Assembly (NCBI GenBank): GCA_046759765.1
Contig: JBHICV010000007.1
Span: forward strand, 1-36,413
Source: Acidimicrobiia bacterium
GTDB lineage: Bacteria; Actinomycetota; Acidimicrobiia; Spongiisociales; CAZKJJ01
Direction: 5' to 3'
Length of the DNA stretch: 36,413 bases
Of this stretch, positions 30,584 to 36,413 are shown in pieces. The notes under the pieces are model-generated. The model was not told where the DNA came from, made no database searches, and worked only from the letters and a program-made list of their open reading frames with translations. The translations under genes were made by a program, and so were the position numbers. Each line of letters begins with the position of its first letter. The stretch's first letter is position 1.

Positions 30584-31062
30584 TTACCAGGACGTTGCGA
30601 CGCACTCAGCGTTGGTGTCGACGGAAATCAACGTTGCGCCTGAGTCGTAAGTCGTCCCGCCACCCGAGGATACGTCGTCTGCAATGCAGAAGAACGTCCC
30701 AGAGGTGCTCTCCCTAGCAAACAGGACGACCTGGTCGCCCGGACGAAGCCAACCACGGAAGTGGACGTGCTGCCCACGACCGCGAAATCGAGACTGGGCT
30801 CGATTGACTCCATGCTGGTCTCAAAGGCCGCGTCAGTCACCGCGGCTCCGTAGTCCTCGTTGTCCACGTAGTACACCTTCGCAGCCGTCAAGGCATTCCG
30901 AAGGTCGCTCTGCGCTGCCCGGTCCTGGGCGCGATTGCGGGCACCGAGGAAGGTCGGGATGGCGATGGCAATCAGAATGGCAATGATGAGCACCACCACC
31001 ATCAACTCGATAAGGGTGAAGCCTTCCTCACGATCGAGGCGGCTTCTGATCAAGCTGATCAT
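30584..31062 (-). pseudogene. pilA: Major type IV pilin with a frameshift near 30740 (real lesion or sequence error)
   Basis: Class III signal EEG|FTLIELMVVVLIIAILIAIAIP. After ...VVGFV the pilin-like sequence continues in the -1 frame as GDQVVLFARESTSGTFFCIADDVSSGGGTTYDSGATLISVDTNAECVATSW* (TAA at 30584). The span is 479 nt, one short of 160 codons. Confidence 0.85.
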
Positions 31063-31112
31063 GTGTTTGACCTCCCGGTCTGGATGAGACCCGTTCGGGC
31101 CTCTGGCAGGAG

Positions 31113-31140
31113 ATATCGGCGGCTTCGGTAATGGTCTTGA
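31113..31140 (-). promoter_or_regulatory. Sigma-28 (FliA/WhiG-family) promoter for pilA
   Basis: TCAAG-N15-GCCGATAT, 50 nt upstream of the pilA ATG, which has SD GGAGGT. Confidence 0.8.
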
Positions 31141-31176
31141 GGAGGGTGTTGGCGGTGCCCGCGGGGCTAGTCACAA

Positions 31177-31218
31177 ACAGCCATCAGCCTTCAGCTTCTT
31201 CGCTGACGGCTGACGGCT
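31177..31218. repeat. Second, shorter heptamer-periodic inverted repeat
   Basis: acagcca tcagcct tcagc-ttcttc-gctgacg gctgacg gct; the arms pair except at every seventh position. Confidence 0.8.
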
Positions 31219-31234
31219 TCTCTAACATCGCGCC

Positions 31235-31777
31235 ATGCCTGGCGCCCGCATTGGCGACGTTCTCCGCGCCACTTCCCTCTTTGCCGGACTGAGCGAGGAA
31301 CAGATCTCGCGCGTTGAAGGCCACCTGAAAACGCAGAAGTTCCTTCCCGGAGAGACGGTTGTGCGAGAGGGCTCCTCTGACGAAACCGGGATGTGGATAG
31401 TCCTGGAGGGCGAAGCGGAAGTCCGTAAGGGAGGCGCCGCCGTCCACATCTTCCGACCCGGTGACTTCTTCGGCGAGCTGGCCCTGCTCTCGGAACCTCC
31501 CACCCCTCGCTCTGCGGACGTCAAAGCGTTAGGCAGGCTCAGTGCTGCCGAGCTTCGTCGGGACGACCTGCTCGAGTTGCTGAACGATGCACCCGGTGTC
31601 GCCTTGGCGATGCTCACCGAGCTCGCCCGCCGCCTCCGTCATACAACCGAGCGATTGCAACAACAGCAGCCCGACGTCTCCGAAGGTGTCTCCCTCGAAG
31701 ACGACGAGCTGTTCGGATCGATTGCCCGGGGCCTGATCACGCCGCCGATCAGCCGGTTCGGCCCCAAGGACGAGTGA
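31235..31777 (+). CDS. Stand-alone cyclic nucleotide-binding domain protein
   Basis: LFAGLSEEQI, PGETVVREG, IVLEGEAEV, phosphate-binding cassette FFGELALL....PRSADV, C-helix ELARRLR; no HTH. TAACAT 6 nt before the ATG suggests a leaderless mRNA. Confidence 0.9.
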   Translation: MPGARIGDVLRATSLFAGLSEEQISRVEGHLKTQKFLPGETVVREGSSDETGMWIVLEGEAEVRKGGAAVHIFRPGDFFGELALLSEPPTPRSADVKALGRLSAAELRRDDLLELLNDAPGVALAMLTELARRLRHTTERLQQQQPDVSEGVSLEDDELFGSIARGLITPPISRFGPKDE

Positions 31778-31792
31778 GGACAGGGTCCTCTG

Positions 31793-33010
31793 CTATCCAA
31801 TCAGGTTGATCACGTTGAACATCGGCATGTACAGCGCCACGAGCATTCCCCCGACCGTCGCGCCGAGGATCACGATCAGAAGGGGCTCAATGAGAGAAGT
31901 GAGTCCCTCCACCATGGCGGTCACCTCGCTGTCGTAGAACGTCCCGACCTTCTCGAGCATCGTGTCGAGGGCACCGGTTTCCTCGCCGACGGCGATCATC
32001 TGTATCACCATCGGCGGAAACACTGGGTGCTGGCGGAGAGGATCTGCCAGCGACTCGCCTTCTTTGATCGACGTTTGGGCGTCTCGCACGGCTGCGGAAA
32101 CGACGGCATTCCCTGAAGTCTCGGCGACGATGTCCATCGACTGCAGAATCGGCACACCCGTTTTGGTTAGCGACGACAGTGTGTGGGAGAAGCGGGCGAT
32201 CGCGGTCTTGTGCACCAGACCGCCGAATATGGGCAGGCGCAGCTTCACGCGGTCTATGAAGTCGCGGCCCTGTGGCGTCCGTTTCCACTTCCGCAGGCCG
32301 AAGAACCCCCCTACGCCCACCAGCAGTAAGACCCACCAGAGGGACTGAACCAGCCCTGAGACTTGGAGCAGGAGCTTGGTCGGCAGCGGCAGCGTGCCAC
32401 CGAGGTCGGCGTACAGGTCTTGGAACATCGGCACGACGAAGAGCAGCATCGCCGAGACGATGAACCCGACTAGCGCGAAGACTGCGGCCGGGTACATCAT
32501 TGCCGACCGGATCTTGCCTCGGAGTGCCATCTGCTTCTCGAGGGTGTCGGCAAGCCGAATCAACGTCTCATCCAACACCCCACCGATCTCGCCCGCCTTG
32601 ACCATGGCCACATAGAGCCGGCTGAAGACCTTGGGGTGCTTCTCCATCGCGGCGGACAGAGACGCACCGCCCTCAACGTCGACCTTCACCTCTTCGAGGA
32701 CGGACTGCAGACCGCGCGAATCCGTCTGCTGGATCAGGATGCTCAAGGACCGAAGCAAAGACAGCCCCGAGTTGATCATCGTGGCGAACTGGCGGCTGAA
32801 GACTGCGATGTCCTTGAGCTTTACGCGGCCGGAGAACGGGAGCCGAATCTCGGTTCGGAGCGCCGAGCGTTTCTCCTCTTCGATCGTGATCGGCGCATAG
32901 CCCTGCTCCCGCAGTGCTTGCGCGACCGCGGCGGCCGAGGCGCCCTCTATCTCGCCGGTCTGGACCTGACCCTGACCGTCCCGAACTTTGTAAGTGAAAG
33001 TCGCCGCCAT
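31793..33010 (-). CDS. pilC: Type IV pilus platform protein (T2SS F family)
   Basis: FSRQFATMINSGL, AGEIGGVLD, AMMYP, VGEETGALD, SLIEP, ALYMPMF; start reassigned to ATG at 33010 (TGATG overlap with pilT). Confidence 0.96.
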   Translation of the reverse strand: MAATFTYKVRDGQGQVQTGEIEGASAAAVAQALREQGYAPITIEEEKRSALRTEIRLPFSGRVKLKDIAVFSRQFATMINSGLSLLRSLSILIQQTDSRGLQSVLEEVKVDVEGGASLSAAMEKHPKVFSRLYVAMVKAGEIGGVLDETLIRLADTLEKQMALRGKIRSAMMYPAAVFALVGFIVSAMLLFVVPMFQDLYADLGGTLPLPTKLLLQVSGLVQSLWWVLLLVGVGGFFGLRKWKRTPQGRDFIDRVKLRLPIFGGLVHKTAIARFSHTLSSLTKTGVPILQSMDIVAETSGNAVVSAAVRDAQTSIKEGESLADPLRQHPVFPPMVIQMIAVGEETGALDTMLEKVGTFYDSEVTAMVEGLTSLIEPLLIVILGATVGGMLVALYMPMFNVINLIG

Positions 33011-34557
33011 CAGGCAACCCTCCCGATGATCCGCTGGAAGTCTTCGACGTTGGCGCACCGATCGAGCGCCGTCTCAAATGACACCTGGCCCCGCCTGACG
33101 AGTTCGGCCAGCGCCTGGTCCATGGTCTGCATTCCGTACCGGCCACCGGCCTGAAGCGAGCTGGCGATCTGATGAGTCTTGCCATCCCTGATGAGCGCGC
33201 GGATACCCGGCGTGGCGACCAGCACCTCCACCGCCGCGAGGCGGCCTCGAGAGTCAGACGTGACCAGCAGCTGCTGCGAGGCGATGGCCTGGAGGCTGCT
33301 GGCCAGCTGGACTCGAATCTGCTGCTGCTGATGCGCCGGGAAAACGTCGATGATTCGATCGACAGTCTGGGCCGCGTCCCTCGTATGGAGCGTCGCGAAC
33401 ACCAGGTGACCCGTTTCCGCCGCGGTTAGTGCCGTCGAGATCGTTTCCAGATCTCTCATCTCACCGACGAGAATGACATCGGGATCCTGACGGAGTGCAT
33501 GTCGAAGCGCGTCTCCGAAGGACTCCGTGTCGCTTCCGACCTCGCGCTGATTCACAACCGAGCGCTTGTGATTGTGAACGAACTCGATTGGATCCTCGAT
33601 CGTCAGTATGTGCTCGGCCCGCTCCTGATTGATGATGTCTATCAGCGCTGCCAGGGTGGTCGACTTGCCGTGCCCGGTGGGTCCGGTCACTAACACCAGC
33701 CCGCGCGCAAACGTTGCGAACTCCTTCAGCACAGGCGGAAGACCCAAACCCTCGATGCTCTGGACGTTGTCGGGTATGGCACGGAAGACCGCGCCGATCG
33801 CATCGCGCTGAAAGAAGACATTGACGCGGAAGCGACCTGCTTCAGCCACCGGATGGGACGTGTCCAGTCCTCGTTTCTCCTCCAGCCTGTTCCTCTGGCT
33901 CTCGGTCAGAAACGCATATACGAGCTCGCGTAGCTGGGCCGGCGTCATGACGGGATAGCCTTCGAGCGATCTCAGAGTCCCGTTGAGCCGGATCTGGGGC
34001 CTGGTTCCGACGGTCAGATGAAGGTCGGAACCGCCCTGGCTGACCAGATCCGTCAGCATGTGGTTCACATGGAAGTGTTTGGGTGAGCCCACCTCCTCCT
34101 GCTCGGGCCCGCTATCTACGTCTTTACCGAATAGGAACTGGGCCGCCCGATACAGCATGTCCTGGCTCGACAGCCCCAGCTCGACCCGGCCGCCGGTGGC
34201 CTCCTCGAGCTTGGCCTTCAGGGCCCCGTCGAATGGGTCGGCAACTGCCACTACCAGAACGCCGCCTTCGTAACGGACGGGAATGGCGCCCAGTTCGAGC
34301 ACTTTGTCGACCGGCACTGCCTCGAGGGCAGCGGGGTCGAACAGGATGTTGTCGAGGTCGATGAACTCCATCCCGACTTGCTCGGCTACCGCTCTCAGCA
34401 GGTCCTCCTCCCGAACCAGGCCTTCCTCAATGAGGATCTTGGGCAGAGGTCGGCCGGTTTCCTGCTCGCGGCTAAGCGCTGACTCGAGCGAGTCCTTGGT
34501 AAGCAAGCGACGGTCGACCAGTAGCCCACCGAGCCTTCGCGATACGTCCAACATCAC
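33010..34557 (-). CDS. pilT: PilT/PilU-family retraction ATPase with N-terminal MshEN/T2SSE_N extension
   Basis: SDLHLTVG, RFRVNVF, GPTGHGKSTT, TIEDPIE, NQREVG, LRQDPDVILVGEMRD, AAETGHLVFATLHT, AIRNLIRE-like GIRALIRD, GMQTMDQ; about 160 extra N-terminal residues starting RRLGGLLV. Confidence 0.93.
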   Translation of the reverse strand: MMLDVSRRLGGLLVDRRLLTKDSLESALSREQETGRPLPKILIEEGLVREEDLLRAVAEQVGMEFIDLDNILFDPAALEAVPVDKVLELGAIPVRYEGGVLVVAVADPFDGALKAKLEEATGGRVELGLSSQDMLYRAAQFLFGKDVDSGPEQEEVGSPKHFHVNHMLTDLVSQGGSDLHLTVGTRPQIRLNGTLRSLEGYPVMTPAQLRELVYAFLTESQRNRLEEKRGLDTSHPVAEAGRFRVNVFFQRDAIGAVFRAIPDNVQSIEGLGLPPVLKEFATFARGLVLVTGPTGHGKSTTLAALIDIINQERAEHILTIEDPIEFVHNHKRSVVNQREVGSDTESFGDALRHALRQDPDVILVGEMRDLETISTALTAAETGHLVFATLHTRDAAQTVDRIIDVFPAHQQQQIRVQLASSLQAIASQQLLVTSDSRGRLAAVEVLVATPGIRALIRDGKTHQIASSLQAGGRYGMQTMDQALAELVRRGQVSFETALDRCANVEDFQRIIGRVA

Positions 34558-34565
34558 CTGGACTT

Positions 34566-34593
34566 ACTTCGGCAGCCCCGCCGCGGTCCTTGA
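34566..34593 (-). promoter_or_regulatory. Sigma-28 (FliA/WhiG-family) promoter for pilT-pilC
   Basis: TCAAG-N15-GCCGAAGT fills the 40-nt pilB-pilT gap; same -35 and spacing as the pilA promoter. Confidence 0.72.
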
Positions 34594-34597
34594 AGTC

Positions 34598-36277
34598 TTA
34601 GACGACGACTCTGAGGACCTCTTCGATCGAGGTGATGCCCGTCCTGACCTTCTCCATCCCGTCTTCGCGGAGTCGGCGCATTCCCTGGCTCACGGCCATC
34701 TTGGCGATCTCGTCGGTGGCTGCGCGCTCGACGGCCATTCTCTCGATCTCCTCAGACACGACCATCAGCTCGTGTAGGGCGACCCGTCCGCGATAGCCGG
34801 TCCGGGCACAAGCTTTGCATCCCTCAGGGCGATAGAGCGTCGGCAGCTCCTGTCCTTGCTCCTCGAAGGACCAGCCCGTCTCCCGAAGAGCTTCGATCGA
34901 AGGTTCGTAGGCGACCTTGCACGAAGTGCACAGCCGGCGAGCGAGGCGCTGGGCCAGGATGCCGTCGACCGCGGACCCCACGAGGAAGGGCTCGACATCC
35001 ATCTCCGTGAGCCTGCTGATAGTGGAGGGCGCGTCGTTCGTGTGCAAGGTCGACAGCACCAGGTGGCCCGTCAGGGCCGACTCCATCGCGATCATCGCCG
35101 TCTCCTGATCGCGGATCTCCCCGATGAGCATGATGTCCGGGTCCTGCCTCAGAATGGATCGCAGCGCAGAAGCAAAGGTCAGTCCCGCCTTTCTGTTGAC
35201 CTGGACCTGGTTTATTCCGGACAGTCGGTACTCGACTGGATCTTCCACCGTCACGATGTTCACCTCGGGACGGTTGATCATGTTCAGGGTGGCATAGAGG
35301 GTGGTCGACTTACCTGAACCAGTCGGGCCGGTGACTATGACCGTGCCGTAGGGAAGGTTGGCGAGCTTGCTCATCCCGTCGAATGTGTCCTGCAAGAATC
35401 CCAGCTCGGCGAGATCGAGCATCGCCGTGCTGGTATCCAGGATCCTGAGCACGACTTTTTCTCCATAGATAGTGGGGAGCGTCGAGACACGAAGGTCGAG
35501 CTGCCTCCCCGACACCTTCAGGCTTACCCGTCCATCCTGAGGAATACGTCGCTCGGCGATGTTTATGTCGGACATGATTTTCAGCCTGCTCACCACTGCA
35601 GCCGCGATCGAACGGGGGGTACGCATAATCTCGTGGAGAACTCCGTCGATCCGGAACCGGATCGTCAGGTCCTTTTCCGTGGGCTCGATATGGATGTCTG
35701 AAGCCCGGTCCGCGGTTGCGCGAGTGATCAAAGTGTTGACCAGCTTTACGACAGGAGCGTCTTCCGCCGCCGCCTCGATGATTCCCAGGTCGTCCGTCTC
35801 GACGTCGCCGGCCGCCAACTCTGCGAGGTCGGTTACCGACTCGTCGAGCGCTCCTAGACGCCTGATCGCCCCCTCAACGTCGCTGCGGGTCGCAACCTTC
35901 GGAATGACCTCCGTTCCGGAGAGTGCACGAATGTCGTCGATGGCCAGCACGTTCCCCGGATCGGCCATAGCCACGACAAGCTTGCCGTCCTCGAACCCAA
36001 TGGGAATCGCGCCGTAGCGGGTGGCAAGAGATTCCGGAATGATCGAAGCAGCCGCCGGATCGACGGTCATCTCTTCGAGGTCGACGAACTCGATCCCGAT
36101 GTTCTCGGCCAGAACCCGAACCAGGTCTCGCTCCGCGACCATGCCCTCTTCGACGAGAACGCGCCCGATAGGTGCGTTGGATTCCTTTTGCTTCTCGAGT
36201 GCCTCGGTCAGCGTCTCCTGGTCGATGACGCCGGCATCGAGCAGCAGCCGGGGAAGGTGCCCTGGATCGCCGTTCAT
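34598..36277 (-). CDS. pilB: Type IV pilus extension ATPase (GspE/PilB family)
   Basis: ASDIHIEP, ERRIPQDGR, GPTGSGKSTT, TVEDPVEY, LRQDPD, TGHLVLSTLHTND, zinc motif CTSC...CKAC, GYRGR; degenerate MshEN N-terminus. Confidence 0.96.
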   Translation of the reverse strand: MNGDPGHLPRLLLDAGVIDQETLTEALEKQKESNAPIGRVLVEEGMVAERDLVRVLAENIGIEFVDLEEMTVDPAAASIIPESLATRYGAIPIGFEDGKLVVAMADPGNVLAIDDIRALSGTEVIPKVATRSDVEGAIRRLGALDESVTDLAELAAGDVETDDLGIIEAAAEDAPVVKLVNTLITRATADRASDIHIEPTEKDLTIRFRIDGVLHEIMRTPRSIAAAVVSRLKIMSDINIAERRIPQDGRVSLKVSGRQLDLRVSTLPTIYGEKVVLRILDTSTAMLDLAELGFLQDTFDGMSKLANLPYGTVIVTGPTGSGKSTTLYATLNMINRPEVNIVTVEDPVEYRLSGINQVQVNRKAGLTFASALRSILRQDPDIMLIGEIRDQETAMIAMESALTGHLVLSTLHTNDAPSTISRLTEMDVEPFLVGSAVDGILAQRLARRLCTSCKVAYEPSIEALRETGWSFEEQGQELPTLYRPEGCKACARTGYRGRVALHELMVVSEEIERMAVERAATDEIAKMAVSQGMRRLREDGMEKVRTGITSIEEVLRVVV

Positions 36278-36295
36278 GTCGGCTTTGGCACCGGG

Positions 36296-36413
36296 TCAGT
36301 CCTGGGAAGGTCTCACCGAGCCGAGGCCCTTGCGGCCCCGGAAGAGGGCAGGCTCGGTCTTGTCCTCGGCGGTCTCTGTCTCCTCGGAGTCCGATTCAGA
36401 CTCCTCGGTGTCC
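36296..36413 (-). CDS. C-terminal fragment of an unidentified protein with an acidic tail
   Basis: Open frame from the window edge: DTEESESDSEETETAEDKTEPALFRGRKGLGSVRPSQD*, GC-rich third positions, stop 18 nt before pilB. Confidence 0.6.
   Translation of the reverse strand, partial: DTEESESDSEETETAEDKTEPALFRGRKGLGSVRPSQD

Noticed and set aside
30725..30760. Programmed -1 frameshift or slipped-strand phase variation in pilA
   Set aside because: No X XXY YYZ slippery site and no homopolymer longer than 3 nt or short tandem repeat at the junction.
31063..31112. Hairpin GAGGCCC-GAAC-GGGTCTC in the pilA leader as a c-di-GMP riboswitch
   Set aside because: The leader is too short and lacks the conserved elements of class I or II c-di-GMP riboswitches; more likely a simple stabilising hairpin.
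31776..31790. GAGGAC-agg-GTCCTC hairpin between convergent pilC and cNMP stops as a terminator
   Set aside because: Only 6 bp with no U-tract on either strand; too weak to call.
36275..36305. GCCGACAT at the pilB start as a third sigma-28 promoter
   Set aside because: It overlaps the ATG itself and has no TCAAG at 15-nt spacing. GCCGCTAA upstream of pilM also lacks the -35.

Overview
A GC-rich chromosomal segment that looks actinobacterial (mIHF, helicase-degenerate PriA, several apparently leaderless genes; an Acidimicrobiia-like assignment is inference only). Almost all genes are on the minus strand. In transcription order: a monoderm type IVa pilus cluster (pilB, pilT with an unusual N-terminal MshEN/T2SSE_N domain, pilC, an opposite-strand stand-alone cNMP-binding gene, frameshifted pilA, pilD, pilM, pilN, pilO, pilP-like), efp-nusB, the pyrimidine operon (pyrR-B-C-carA-carB-pyrD-pyrF), mIHF-gmk-rpoZ-coaBC-metK-priA-def-fmt-rpe, a REC-GGDEF-type regulator, an FMN riboswitch-controlled ribD-ribE-ribBA-ribH operon, an L20-leader-type RNA before infC-rpmI-rplT, a TrmH methyltransferase, pheS and partial pheT. 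No rRNA, tRNA, CRISPR array or transposase was seen. About 26 kb is ordinary housekeeping DNA. The best novelty candidates are in the pilus locus: the MshEN-fused retraction ATPase, two sigma-28/WhiG-type promoters, heptamer-periodic inverted repeats on both sides of pilA, a net 1-nt frameshift in pilA and the inserted cNMP-binding gene. Together they suggest a second-messenger-controlled pilus, which is an untested inference.
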